DNA of 63,768 nt, counting the filler, from Choristocarpus tenellus KU-1152 (lineage: Eukaryota > Protista > Phaeophyceae): NCBI GenBank assembly GCA_964200185.2. It is 11 parts of 11 records of this genome, joined end to end, with 100 filler letters (N's around TTAATTAATTAA, not from the genome) between each part and the next. Parts side by side here need not be neighbours in the genome. Positions count along the whole stretch, not along the records: positions 38,422 to 49,038 come from CAXNAD020002829.1; positions 49,139 to 55,441 come from CAXNAD020008434.1; 9 more parts are not named here. The stretch is one strand, 5' to 3'. The notes under the pieces were generated by a model. It had not been told where the DNA came from. It did not search any database and saw nothing but the letters and a program-made list of their open reading frames with translations. Each line of letters opens with the position of its first letter. Position 1 is the stretch's first letter. A program made the position numbers and the translations under genes. Of this stretch, positions 38,516-52,340 are shown piece after piece.

Positions 38516-41500
38516 GCAAGTGGTATTCCTGAGCATCTTGGCACCTACTTACAGGCCTGCACTGTGGAGGGCGAGAATCACATGCTGACGCAGCAGGTCA
38601 GTCAGGCCTGACCTCGCTACTCCATAGATACTATCTCCTTGGCATATCTGTTGATTTTTTTTCTTCTTTTCCTGCTGGACAGTGCATCGCCTTCCCGTTG
38701 AAGGTGGAGGGAATGTTTAAGGCGAGAAGAGAAGTTTCCTCTTTTTTGGAACTGTGGTAACAGGAGAGTCAAAACAGTTACTTTGAATTGTGCGTGGAAC
38801 CAACTTGAGGGAGATGATCCGTTGTTCAGTAGCGACAAGGAATAAGATGATAACAGTCTGATAACAGTCTGATAACAGTCTCAAGAGAAGAGGGGATCTC
38901 GAGTAGATCACCAGTGAGTGAGGGGTAAGATCATCACTGCGTCGTCATTAGCATCGGCAATTGTCATTAACATCAACAGCCAGTTTTGTGCCGCTAACGC
39001 ATCTAACCTCATGGACTCATGAACAGTGCATGAGTAGTCCATTCCATTCTGTGATTCGAAAGTCTGCTGTTGCTCTCTTGGACTCTCTTGGACTGTCCAC
39101 AAATGTTCGCAAGCAGGTGACGCGGGTTCTCCTTCAAGAGCTATCGGCAGCCATGAAGGGGCAAAGTGTTGGGGAGGACTGCTTGTACGTCTCCCGTCTG
39201 ATGGGAGTAGAGAGGTTTGTCCGCTGGCAGCCCCGCCTCACCTGATGAGAAGGCCTGTAAGACAGCGCACTATTAAATCAGTACTATGCACTGAGAGACG
39301 TATCCCTTTCACCGAGCTTGAAGATGGTTGTAAGCCTGCTTGCAGACCAGACCGCCTTTTTGTACGCGTGTCGCTGTGCCTGCTAAATGCTGTGCACCAA
39401 GTAAAGCGGTGCATGCATCTATCTTTCTGTGTTCAGAGATGGCCCCTGTGCTTACACAGTGCATCTGGCGTGCGTTTTCCCTTCTACTGTGCTTTGGTTG
39501 TGTGGAGCGTCTTGGTGTTGAGAACGTGCACTGATGACGTTCTCGGTAAGATCGTTGTAATGTTTTTCACCTTGGAGGGCGCAACGCCCCAAATTCTCTT
39601 TTGTACTGTATTACTGTATTACCCTTTTTTTGAATGTTCGGCTGTATTTGACCCAGAACACCTGTTTTCCACAACGTTGTTGGGAGCGATATGCTCTGTA
39701 GCTTTCTGTTGTCCGCCTATAATTCCCGAGTTTTTCTTTGCTCAGTTATTGTTCTTATTGTTCTTGCCAAGCGACTCTTGTAAGAGTTTTTTTTATGTGG
39801 TTCTATTTCGCACATTTTTTAAAATTTGTTTGTAATTGAGGTACGAGAAGCTGAAGGAAATCGACTCGAGGAAGGAACAGTAGGGGAAGAAAGGAAAATG
39901 GCGATCTGTTGTGTTGTACTCACTTTGTACTCACTTTGTACTCAGTTTGTACTCACTTTGTACTCACTCATTATTTCTGAGGTCCAAATGATGCTCAAGC
40001 CCATTTACTCCGTGATGTCCTTTGTTTTGTCAAATGATTGAGCATTCCAATTTGGTCTGTCATGTCCTTCGTCCAGGACAAAGGGTTGTGACTGGTTGTG
40101 TGGTGAGGTTTAATTCGCCTGATGTTGGTTTTATTGTGTACAACTAATATGTTGAGTTGTGTTAGGTGAGTGTTATATTTTGTGACTGGTGAAGTGCTTA
40201 CTTCAATGCCCACTGGGAATTGCTACAACTCTCAAGTCCCCTATAGTTATAGAACAAAAAGGCACCCCTGCCTGTTTGCCTACCTACCAAACCTACCTAT
40301 CACTTTTCTCCTGCTGCTAGCTCTCTCCTAGTCTTTTTCATTGAGGGGTGTGCCTCCCTGCAGCCGTGTTTTCTATTTTCACCTGTCTTGAGTCTAACTT
40401 CTCCCCCGTTTATTTTTGTGATACTCTGTTGTTAGTTCTTGTTGCCCTGCTACATCCTCGGTCTCAATGAGAGATGCAGGGGTGCTTGAGGGTTTGCTAG
40501 AGCACCGGGCGTTTCGTCTCCTGCTGAGGGTACAGAGTCGTTTGTCAGAGGAGATTGCAGGTGGGCGAACACCAGATGAGGCATGGAACCGTGTCCTGAT
40601 TGAGGTGAGCAATGCTGTGATACTTTAGTTGGTGAGGTTGTATTGACATTGTACAAACAGAGAGCTTCACTATTGTATATAAAACGCAGTATATAATGCT
40701 ATTACTACTACTGCTATTGACAGTATTTGGAAATACTTCAAAGTAGTACCTCTGGTTCCAAATATTTTTTCAATTTAGGCATCTTCAATTTAGACATTTT
40801 ATGGCATAAGTTGACGTCATTTTATCATTTTTTGTTTTTTAATGGAGATGGTTGCATCGGATCAGCCTTGATTAGACCTATGAGATGATACATACATGGT
40901 TAGGATATTCTTGGAAATCAGAAAAGTTTATTGTAAGAGTTTATTGTAGAGGTCGAAGCGGGGCAAGTAGAAGACATCGTTTTGAACACACTGGTGAGAG
41001 ACCTGGCCTCACCTCACTCAATAGACCATGCTGGCGGAGGAAATAGTTCCCTAGAGAGTGGAAAGAGAGGATCTGATCATTCCTGAGAGGTGGGCTGTTG
41101 TTGCTGAGCTGTTTCAAGGCAGCAATGAACATGGTGTTCTCATAAACTAAGACATCAAGGTTGTTGGCAGCAGGTTTTGCCTCAGTCCAAATCCAAAGAC
41201 CTTAGGCTATGTTTGTACAACTCTTCTGCATCTTGATGATTGTCTTGGCGTAACCGCCGAACATGCTACCAACATGCCTGAAGTGGCCATTGATGCCCCC
41301 CCCTATCCCAAGGAAGCTTCTGTGCTCCACAGCAGTGTGGGATTCTGACGAGGGTTTGAGTACTATGTTTGTCGATGCCTATTTGGTTTGAGTACTATGC
41401 GTTGTGAATACGTTATTTTTATTCTTGAGAAGGGTTAAGCCTGTCACTGGTGATCAAACTATCTGCTCCTCGCAAGTCAAGTGGCACCACTACCCACTGG

Positions 41501-44500
41501 AATATATGGCAGCATGTGGGGAGAGCTTGATCTTCAACAAGCATGAGCCCCTATGACATGGGGGGTAACAGCAAATTGGACTTATATTTGGGGCAATCCA
41601 AATCGGCCTTAATTGTTTGGGACAATCAAACTTAGCCTTAGGTTTGGTCCCAGAGCTAGCAGTATTTCATGGTAAGCTGAGTACTGTCCATGGTGTGACG
41701 TACGGCTTATAGTGTTGTTACAACGAGTTCAATTTTTCTTAAGGGATGGGCTATAGGCATGGGCACTGCACCCTTCTCTGAGATGCTGCCTACATTGTAA
41801 ACGTGATTTAACAGATACCTTATTGAGGTGATGGCCTCTCCTTGCCCCCTGCAGCCGCATGTATTTGTTCCAACAACATAGCCCCCTTCTTTGGGGCGCT
41901 TGCTGCTTGCACCTGTTTGCAGTTGGAACGTGAATGTGGACCCCCTCAAGCGTATTCGAGCAAATGTGCCGAGGGTCTTCTAGGAACAGCGACACTATCC
42001 CCACAAATGTGCACAACTTGTGTGGTGCCTTCCATTGTACATGACCCTTCCCACAGTTCCCTGCATACCCCTGGTGCGCCTATACACAGTGACTCTGAAT
42101 CATACCCATGTCTGGATATCACATGCACTTTTATTGGCAGATACACAGAGCCAGTCATGCCCACAGCTACTTGATGGTGTTTAAGACCTTTAAGAAGACA
42201 GTGGATGCTTGTCATGCTCACTGTGGTTCTCGTGAGAGCGGAGGCTCTGAGAGGAAACACTCCAAGGGTAGTAGTGTGCGTAGTTGCCCCGAGTGGGTGA
42301 GGGGGTTATTGATGGATGGACCAACATTGGTTGCCCTGGGTCTGATGCTGTCACTGTTTGGTCTCTACTGGGTGGAGAGAGATATGGGGGACTTTGTCGA
42401 AGACGGTGAGCTAGTTGGTAAATGGTTTTGGAAGTTAACGAAGCGATTTGGAGATGATGTGTTTGGTTGTATGCAGTTTTCTGCAGCTATGCATGGTTTG
42501 ATATTGATGATCATCTAGGGGTTCATGTCTAATGGGATTGTTTTTTTTGTGGCCTTTTTTTCTTTGACGGTCCTATTTGGAACCCCTCCACATAGTACGG
42601 AAGAGTTGTTCCACTTTGGGCGGCTACTGTCACGGTTGCAGGGGACTAGGAGCCTCGAGGATGCTTTGGTTAGTTGGTAAACTCCATACAGCACACGTCA
42701 CCACTGTACAGCAATTGGGTGTGTTTTATGTTCAGTGCACAACTTGACCCCACTGTGGCATCTAACTTGCTCTTGCTTTTGCGCTTATTATTATTATTTT
42801 TGTTGTGGATGCTCTTTTCGGTATGTGTATTTTTGTTGTTGTCCCATATTCAGAGTACCAAACCCTTGTGTCCACCCACCCCCCTTCTTTGAATTTTCCT
42901 TGTGACAATATCCCAGGGTTCTTGAGTCCTTGCCAGGCAGGATGGGTGCGGAATGAAGTGGTTGAGTTGCTTCATCTGCTACGGCCCATGGCTGTTCCTC
43001 TTGTGGATGCATGGTCAGTGAATGTCACAGCGACACCAAGCTGAACCAAAACACTAGTGATACCAAGATTTGGTGTAGATTTTCCCCATCCCTGCAAGTT
43101 TTGCTTGTGTTTGAGGGGGGGGGTCATTTTGTGTATTGTTTTGTCTTTGGCCAGTTCCCAACTAACTAAATTCACAGTGTGCTTTTTGCTAGAGTTGTTG
43201 TGCACTGAGAGGATGTACGAATTCTGATTGTAATTTGTTTGTCTCTCGATGGTTAATACTGATCAATCCTCTGACTCATGGCATACATTCTGCAGCTGGT
43301 GAGTGCCGTAACCACGAGAAAATAGGCCTCCCAAGTGGTGAGGGGCCCTGCCAGAGGCAAAAGGTTTAAGAGGCTAACATCTCACACGTATATGCAAGTG
43401 TCATCACGCGCAATACAAACAGGAACATTCGGAGGCGTGTACAGATGTCGATGGTGTCGTGTGTAACTGAGTAATTGGTCTGAAATAAATCGTTTTTCAG
43501 TTAATTTGCGATTCCGTTGGATGAGGAGGTCGATATAATATGCATTTGGCGCCGGTTTGCAAATTTATGCTAGGAATCATGTGTTTCATCCCCCCGGCGA
43601 TCGCCATGTTGTTTTCATCATTTTATATTTTGGCAACATTTCACTTTTTTTTTTTTAATAAGCTGAATATGTCAAGGAGAACGCTTCAAAAAGGATACGG
43701 GGAGTGGGAGTACTTGCCACTGTTTTGACACAGGCTCCTATGAGAAGCTCATCTTTCCCATGCGTTTTTTTTTAAAATTTATTTTCTGGACACAGTGTAA
43801 AAAACGAAAAAAAATGGAAATTGGAAAAATGGAGATTGTTTTTTCTGGAATATGCAGAATAATTGTTGGAACTGGAAGAATGTGTTGTTAGGAACAGGCC
43901 TTAAGTCTCAGCTTCACTATGATTGTGTAATTGTTTTCTTATCCAAGAACAAAGATGTAACCTGTTGTGACCTCCTCAAGCCTTGATAGTCATCTCCCTG
44001 AGGTTTGGAATTGACTAGACTCTTTCAGTAACAAGGAGCAGTGAGTTCCAACTTGAATGCAGTCTTGGAGGTATGCACGCTTGAACACTGTATTTGATCC
44101 CTTGCTTGATTGTAACAATACTGTCCCTGACCCATTTGATAGCTTGTATTGCCATGGTCTGCACTTGCGTTGTTAATTGTTGTGGCTGGATCATATTAAG
44201 AGTTCAATTTTGTCATGCCAATGCAAATCACATACCCCCTAAGAAGATTAAGAGGATGACTAGAGTATATGACCAGCTCATGTTACATCAACTGCCATCT
44301 GTGACTCTGCTCTTGTGACTCTGCTCTGGTGATCCAGGGACATGTCCGACTTTCAGCTCAACAGCGCTCTGGGGAGGTATGATGGTCTTGTGTACGAGGC
44401 CCTAATGGAGAGTACGAGGGTGAGCATACTGTTTTTGAGGATGATATGTTCAGATTGATCCCTAGTTTAGATAGAGAGTGTGGTGTCTTGGTTCATTGAA

Positions 44501-44968
44501 CCATTCCTGGAGTATATAGGTAACAGGGTTTGCAAATATGATACTTGAAAAAGAGTGGTGTTACATAATTTGAAACACAGTATGCATTTGCTTGTGAACT
44601 TCTATCCCTGATCAGCAACAAGTTGCAGCTAGAATAATGGGCATTGTACTGCGATATTTAATAATACTGACGAATGAATTGATGTGATTCATGGTCACTA
44701 ACTAGCCTAAACTTCTAAGGTACACTAGGTCACACAGTAGTGCATTCCACCCCACACACGCACATATCATTTTCTCAATTCACCCCTTCCCCTTCAAATC
44801 CCTATCCCTACATGGGTATGTCAGCGCAACCCTTTGAACCTTAGGGATCCAGTGGAAGGCTACGAAGAGCACCTACAGCCCATGATCATGGAGGCGAGGG
44901 AGCAGCGGCTGTTGCGTGAGGGTAATAATGGTGTAGTCTCAGGAACAAGGAGGCGTTCAAAGCTTTAA
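38516..44968 (+). CDS. ACOX: Peroxisomal acyl-CoA oxidase, 3' part; exons 38516-38596, 39117-39214, 40436-40604, 42141-42405, 42917-43013, 44338-44419, 44825-44968
   Basis: In-phase GT-AG splicing gives ASGIPEHLGTYLQACTVEGENHMLTQQ (catalytic EGEN), EAWNRVLIEIHRASHAH, LRPMAVPLVDAW, LNSALGRYDGLVYE, and a C-terminus RRRSKL* (PTS1 signal). Confidence 0.93.
38848..38881. repeat. 11-bp tandem repeat (TGATAACAGTC) x3
   Basis: Direct reading; intronic. Confidence 0.85.
39914..39968. repeat. 11-bp tandem repeat (TTGTACTCACT) x5
   Basis: Direct reading; intronic. Confidence 0.9.
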
Positions 44969-46067
44969 AACAACCTGCATTTCACCATTTCACTGAGTGA
45001 ACGGGATGTGGGAAGAGTAGGGTATCCCTTGTTCCCGAACCTTTCCTATGTGTATTTGCAGATATATTTTCCTCATGATGGTGGTGCTGTAGTGTGCAAA
45101 ATTGCATAGTAATATTTCAAGCACATAAGCCTCTTCACAGAGGGGGTATCTTTTTTTGGTAGAATGGTTTACCTGTCCCCACTTTTTAATTAAAATGATC
45201 CCTCTGTACACAAGTTTTTGTTATCCTTCATCCCTTCCACACAGAATATATATATATATATATTATATATATATGGCTCTTCTACTCTTCCTGAAATCTT
45301 GGCTACGACTTGCTTATTTCAAATCTCACTTGAGTAGTTTTTTTAGTAGCATTCATACGCGAATGCTCTCATCGCTTGAATGTCTATGCCCCAGTTCAAA
45401 CCCCACCAATACCAGAGACCTTTCCCCACTATCCCTTTCCCTCTGTTTAGGGAGAGATTTTACTACCTGTAGATATAGCTGCGTTCACCACCATTTTTCA
45501 TCCCATCGAGGTATAAAAATATACTGACTGCATGGAAGTGGTTTAGATGTGGGATAATGGCTGTAGGAAACCATAAAACCTTGTCATTTGGTTTATATCT
45601 ATGTTTCCAAAAACTGGGAACAGGTTTTTCTACATTGGGTGATAAAAATGTGCAACTCAGACGCACTTTCTGAGTGTCGGACTGGTTCCAGATTGGTTAG
45701 AGATCTCGAAGGGTGACACTTATGTCACACCATCTCTGTAAAGAAGGGAGATAAAAAAACAGCAATGTGGAGAGGGAGGGAACAAAAGGCTACACACTTT
45801 CTGCTGTTACTCATAGACAGGACATTCAATAACCAAAGGAAAATCCCAAGTCACTCAGGCTTCTTCCAATGCTGTGAAATTATAGAGGACCTCACACACT
45901 TGACCTTCCCCTGCATGGTGAGAGAAACCCTCAAACTTCAACTGCTAAAATCTGTATCAACTCTTTAAAAAAAGGAAGCCTGCTATCTTGATCTACATGT
46001 TGTAATGGAGTAAATACCATCTCCTGGTGTGCATCTTGTTTGAAAGCTATTACCTCTATGTTACTAG

Positions 46068-48523
46068 TCACTCTGGTGGGTGGTAGTCCCATTCTGGCTC
46101 CTCTTCTCCCTCTGCCAATCTCCTTTCCATGTCCTGTTCGTGCTCTTCCACCAAACGGTTCACAAGTGCATTGTCCATGGCATGACCTGCAGCTGTCATG
46201 ATTTCTGCCACCTCTAATGCCTCCCCAGCTGTACCTCCAGCTTGCAGGCATGCCATCATAACAGCATTACAGGAACCTGCTGAAGGCTCCAGCCCTTTCT
46301 CCTCCATCTCTAAGAGTAGACTAAATGCCCTCTCCCATTCTATGCGATCACCTTGTGCATCAAATCCATCCCTAGCACTATCATTCCCCAACCTATCCCT
46401 AGAGGGGTGCCAATCTTCCCAGTTTCGCTTTATGTTGGCTACATAGCCATCCTTGGGTCCTTTGGATGAGACACCACATGAAGCCCGAATTACTAGATCG
46501 AAATGGGAAGCTTTAGCATCAATACCATCCAGCTTCATCCACCTGAAGACATCTCGAGCAAGCAAACCATTGCCTGAAATTGTGCAAGCCTTCAGCCAAG
46601 GGTGGGAGAAAGAACAAGGGAGGCTATTATCAGCATTTTATTGGGTGCTGTGTGGAAGAGGAGAGCATAGTATTGTTTGTGCTAACCCACAGGGTACATG
46701 TGTATGAGACTGTAGACAATGGTTGAACTGTACTTGAAAAAATGAATTAATTGCTTCCCAGAACAAGTGGGGTAGCAATCAATGAACACTCTTGAGTACT
46801 ATTGTGGGGCCTTGTCATAAATTACATGGTGCCTCCACCTCAACTGGCAGACTTGAGGTGCGGTTTTCTCACAAAAAATAGGTCCAAACTTGCCTCTTCT
46901 GTGGCTCTTCCACAATGTTACTGCCAAGAACTGTTGAAATTGTGACAGGTTATTCCGTGTAACCACAAATTGATTAGATTTCGTTGCATGAGTTGCACTT
47001 GAGTGTAAAAATGTGACAATTGCCATCCCATTCGCAGCACTCAACTAAATAAAGATAAAAAAAATGGGGGCATCACGGAACTCATTCACCTTTAGGGCAG
47101 CTGTGTAGAGAGCTTCTTTGCCCTCAATGGAATTAACCAGCAGGTCTTGTTTCTCCCTGGTATCGCCTTCAGCTTTGAAATTTCCACTACTTGAGGCCTG
47201 CCGCCCTTCAATGAAGAGCTGCATTGCTGAGGCGCTGTCCCCTTCCTCAGCACACACCATTATTGCAGCACTAAAAAAAACGAGGACCGCGGAGGCCAGG
47301 AAATACCATAGTTAGACCATAATGATATAACATAGTAAAAATCTGTGCCACATTGCACATAAATAAAATCTGTACTCTTACTATATTCCGGAATGCGACT
47401 CAACATCATTCTGTTCCAAACAAGATGTTGGTTAGATACATTGGGTTGATAAGTTGATAAGTTGATAACCAAAATGTACCGCGTGTCCAGGTAGGTGATC
47501 ATCAAACACTCCGTGGACAGCGGGTTGGGAAGCAACTTCCAATGGCTACACTACAATCTGCCAAAAGAGGCTTCATTGCAGCACCAAACCGGATGATCAT
47601 GTATACAGTCCCCAGCACATCCCCACCAACCAAAGAGCTGCCCCAGTATACAAATCGCACACACATGTTCTATGCTCCCTATACCGGTGTAGGCAGACTA
47701 CTACCCACATTTAAAAAAAATCAAAACTCTTGCTATACATATTTGTTTCATCATGTCTATTACAATGCCCCCTAAAAGCGGGACCGATGGGGCAGTTACA
47801 ACCACAAAAAAAAAATGTCAAGAGAATTAAATTCGCTTGATTTTGGACAGCTGCTGTCAGGTACGGACTCTTGTAAAATGACGCACCACTCCTTGAGGCA
47901 AGTGTTGTTCTGAACACTGCTGGAAAAATATAATCTGTTTTGAAGTAATCGACCATGGCAAACAACTGCCCCACCTTAACAGTGAGTGAGTGGACTTCCC
48001 AGAGAGACTCAAAGCGCACCTGTACAAGAATAGGTCAGCACCAATACCATCTTCTTCATATTTCGTCATGAGCCACTGAGCCACCTTCACTGCTGATTCC
48101 TCCCCCTTCACCCCCCTCTCCCCCTCCAACCCAAGCTGCAACCTTGCACCCTTCAAAGCCATGATGGCTTCCATGTAAACAGCTTCGTCTGCAGGAACAC
48201 CCACCCATCGCATACGCCCAAGTATGCTCATCACAGGCTCGGTGTTACCTCCTTGCCGGCAAGCCCGTATTGCAGCTGCATATGACACTGCTGCTCCAGT
48301 CCCATTGCTCTCCTCTCTATGCTGTTCGTCTCCAGGCAAGGTATAGTGCAGGTTTGACACTGGAGAGGGTGTTGCCTCATTAGGTTGATCATTCAGACCT
48401 TCATTTATGTCTGTTTCAGCCATCATTTCCTCCAGCTGGTCAAGGAGGACCAGCGACCAGGCCCACTCACCACAATTTGCCAAAGCATCGGCCACAAGAG
48501 CATATGTAGTCTGAGAGCGACAG

Positions 48524-48620
<97 letters not shown>

Positions 48621-49038
48621 CGCGGAGTTTGACTTTTAACGTAGATCTGAGGAAGACAGGTTGATGTGTTTCACAGGGTACACAATGAGAGATAATCTGT
48701 TCCCCAAATTTCAGAAGTTATATTCAACAGGTTAAAAATTATGCCAATTCACAGGTATGGAGTGTTCTGAAGCCTAGCACATAACCACCTTCTTAGTCTC
48801 ACCACCCATGTCACACCCTCCAATGTACGCGAGTGCTATGGACCACTATTCTGTGGGTCAATTCAACTTGCTCAAGCTAACATTCCCTGGTATGTATTTT
48901 CCATGTCAGGTGAGAAGACACCTGATGAAAGAAGGGCACAGCAACAAACTCGCTCTCACCAACGTGGCTCTGGGTATCACCCCCGCAGCAGAAGCCCTCA
49001 AATGGACTTCCTCCACTGCTGCTGCCCCCTCCTCATCC
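46068..49038 (-). CDS. Pentatricopeptide-repeat (PPR) protein, 3' part; exons at approximately 49038-48952, 48510-48020, 47268-47090, 46573-46068
   Basis: PPR-like 35-aa helical units: SYAAAIRACRQGGNTEPVMSILGRMRWVGVPADEAVY, WERAFSLLLEMEEKGLEPSAGSCNAVMMACLQAG, ARDVFRWMKLDGIDAKASHFDLVIRA; stop at 46068. Confidence 0.85.
48527..48618. repeat. Compound (GA)n(GT)n microsatellite in a PPR intron
   Basis: Direct reading. Confidence 0.95.
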
Positions 49039-51587
49039 NNNNNNNNNNNNNNNNNNNNNNNNNNNNNNNNNNNNNNNNNNNNTTAATTAATTAANNNNNN
49101 NNNNNNNNNNNNNNNNNNNNNNNNNNNNNNNNNNNNNNTCCATAAATAATTTACCGTAACTGTCCGATAGAGTTGGAAGAGTCTAATCGAACATGTCCTG
49201 CTAGTGCCTCTGACATATTGTGCATGTTTGGTACTCTACTGGCCATGATAGCTGTCAAGAATGTGGATGACAGACAGACGTGTTATTGGGAAACAGAGGA
49301 AAACCCGGAATTTATGTTGGGTCCTGGCTTCAGTCGTTTCATGTCCTTCTCTCCCTTCAGGGAGCTTGTGTCCGCATTTGTCTTGACTATTGACACGTGG
49401 GAGGATGTGGAGGGAGACCTGAGGGGCCAAGATAGGTAGGCTGAAGGGAAGGGCTTCATTGGAGCGTGGAATCGCAATCAGGCTACTCTGTTTCAGCCAT
49501 CATGAGAGCTGGTTGTCGATAAGCCAGATTCATCTTGGAATGGTTTGGATTGGAATTGGGAGGGTTTGACATGAGACTATCACACAAGGATTTCACCAGA
49601 CATGGTGCATATTACTTGCTCATGTGGCAGGACAATGGTGGGACCGAGAGCACCTGTGGCAGCGGCAGAGAGAGCCCAAACTGTAGACCCCATGGCCCCC
49701 ACTTTGCAGCTTTTGTGTTACCATCCTAAGGATCAGGGTATATTGCATCTAAGGGTAATTTCAGTAGGGGTGGGAACCAAAAGCAGGGACTGGTGAAGGG
49801 CTCTGAGTGTGGGAGGAAGACTAAAATCATATTTACTGTCCACCTTGCTTGATGGGGGTGGAAACTGTCATGGTCCGTGGTGTACACTCTAAGAGGCAGT
49901 GCATGTCGATGCACTATGCAGTCTGATAGCTGTAAGATGTCTTATGGTGTCTGTTTGAGTGTCTCAAAAGAGCATAGCTTGAGGATGTCTGGGCACTGAT
50001 TTCGGCTTAGTTTTCTTGCCCAACCTGGTGTGGTATTTTCGGGGTGATTTGCGTCTGACTATACATTTCCTGGTGCAATAAGTGGAATTGTACAGCAAAC
50101 CAAAGAGATAAAAAAAATTCACGGATGCCTTTTGGTTCTTGAGGGGTTGTCTCAGCCAGAATAGGAGGAAGAGCACACCATGAAGTTCGGTTTCTAGCCT
50201 GTTAATAGTGTGGTATTTTAACTAGGCATCGTGACATCGTAGTAGGGTGTGGACCAAGCAGTGAAGCGTGATGTATACTCCTGAGTCCTATGCCAATATC
50301 CATCCTAGTATCCGCCCTAGGGGATGGAAGATGTCCTTTGAGGTGCATTTAGTGTCTGTTAAAAGGGCATGAACTGGGAGGCTTGGGCATGGATTTCTGG
50401 GCCTCCCAAATTCCGCGTTTTCGAGTAACGCATATTACTCCGGACTGCGGAAATAAAGGATAAGTCGAGGACTGTACGATACAGTTTTGTACTATGTACC
50501 CTGAACAGAACGAGTTCTGTTGTAGCCATTTAGCTTAATCTGGATTTGATAATCCACTACGCATGATACATCTACCTATACGTTACAGTGCTTCTTTAAT
50601 ACCTACGAATTTGCTCGCTGATATGTTGTAGGGATTGTCATGTAGGAAAAAAAACAACATAAAGAGAAGTTAACAAAACACAATGATATTTGGTATGACA
50701 ATAGTCGGGAGAGGAGGAAATACCATGTAAAGTATACACTAAACACAACAACGGAGAGGAATAGCATTATGAGAAGCATCAACTTGTGCGAAAAACAAAG
50801 TCCAAGAAAGCAACGAAACAACTCCTAAGTGGATTCTATGAAGGCAGGTGAAAGTGAAGGAAGAATCCCATGAATCCATCAAGTCTCTCCTAGTCCATTG
50901 ATCTGGAGTCTCTAATTTGAAACATTAAACTCTGCTTGAGATTGTCAGTTGATGCGAAGGGTGTGCCATCCTCCAAGTTGCAGGGAATTTATATTTCCGT
51001 ACAGGTGCTGTGCTCAGTGGTCAGACCATCGGTGGGTCTTGCCATACTTGGTCACCAGGTCAGGAGCACATGTGAGCATGACCAGTGTCCATCCCTTTAC
51101 TCCTACATCCCTTGTCTGGGCATGCGATGGAGAGTGCCTACTCCACCCCTAAAGAACGGTTCACCGTGAGGTAAAATTCAAGGGAGGGCTATCCGTCTGG
51201 TGCCTGAATGAAGCCATTGTAGAAGACTACCGTCCACTTCTGGGGTCTGTGAGGAGGTTTACTACCTGATATAGTGTTGCCATAACTTTTCATCAACAAC
51301 ATTTTTTTTCATAAAATTTCGTTTGTTGTAATCGAATCAGCATGCTTAACCTTATTTGATGGGTCTCGGTTGGCCAACTTACAGTTATCGTGGGAAATAC
51401 AGGACCATACTTTAATCAAGTAGTCCGTGCGCACGGTTCGCACGGGGGGGTGCCACGTGGCGCGCGCGAACCACGCATTTAAGGACTGAAGAGGTCATCT
51501 TCACTCGGAGAACATGGACTTTGTTTTCTCTTCATTTTCTTTCCATTATTTCCCGTTTATATGATGTTGTTACCTGCTGACTAAGGC

Positions 51588-51962
51588 TCACTCATGGGGG
51601 CCCAGGCCTCGTAACCAGACAATCCATGCTAAGTCAAATGAAGTATTCTGAAGGTGCGGCCTCCTGTGAAACTTAAATGTCTTGTACACCCTGTCCAATT
51701 TGGTGCGCTCCATGCTTTTCTCGTTGGAATATATCAGGTGGTAAGCATTGCTCAATCTGAAGAACCTCTCCACAATTACACTGGACAGTCCCCCTTCTTC
51801 CTCCTTAAGACTGACAGGAATGTTGGCTCTCATTCCTGGCAATGTGTAGTCACAGTGGCCTCGTACATAGTGCTTCGCCCGCCCCCAGACCATCTCTATC
51901 GGGTTCAATTCACAGTGGCACTTTAGAAGCATCAAGCAGTGTCCTCCAAGACACTCAACCAA
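51588..51962 (-). mobile_element. C-terminal fragment of an IS630/Tc1-related DDE transposase
   Basis: GHCLMLLKCHCELNPIEMVWGRAKHYVRGHCDYT matches the LPxxHCELNPIExxW motif; N-terminal part is absent. Confidence 0.8.
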
Positions 51963-52033
51963 AATAGTGTTCTGTGAGTGGTTTAAACAGTATTAAGCCG
52001 AGGTTAGCATACGTACCGTTTTGGCGGGTTCCA

Positions 52034-52340
52034 ATCTTGATTTTTTTTGAAAAGGTTGGCCAACGAGTTAATCGACGATCAGCATATCAAATGAAAGCTC
52101 TATATCTAGGTTACTGACTGATCCAAAGGAATTCTTTCGGAATTTTTGTTGTTGGTCGTGATAATTCATTACGGAGCATTTCCAAGGCTGTTCTGAAAAC
52201 ATTCGGTTAAAATTTAACCCTAAAAATTCTTTTTCCGAAAAAATCCCTTTGCATCAGTCGATACCTTAGATCTGGAGCTTTCATTTGATGTGCTCATCGT
52301 CGTTTAACTCGTTGGATAACCTTTTCAAAAAAATCAAGAT
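52034..52340. mobile_element. Foldback/MITE-like element with ~110-bp imperfect inverted arms
   Basis: ATCTTGATTTTTTTTGAAAAGGTT...CAACGAGTTAA...ATCAAATGAAAGCTC pairs with GAGCTTTCATTTGAT...TTAACTCGTTG...AACCTTTTCAAAAAAATCAAGAT. Confidence 0.85.

Noticed and set aside
39245-39835. 196-aa ORF as a nested gene
   Set aside because: It lies in an ACOX intron, is Phe/Leu/Cys-rich as expected from T-rich DNA, and has no recognisable motif.
43365-43904. Possible TTAA-flanked transposon
   Set aside because: The sequences inside the two TTAA sites are not inverted repeats.
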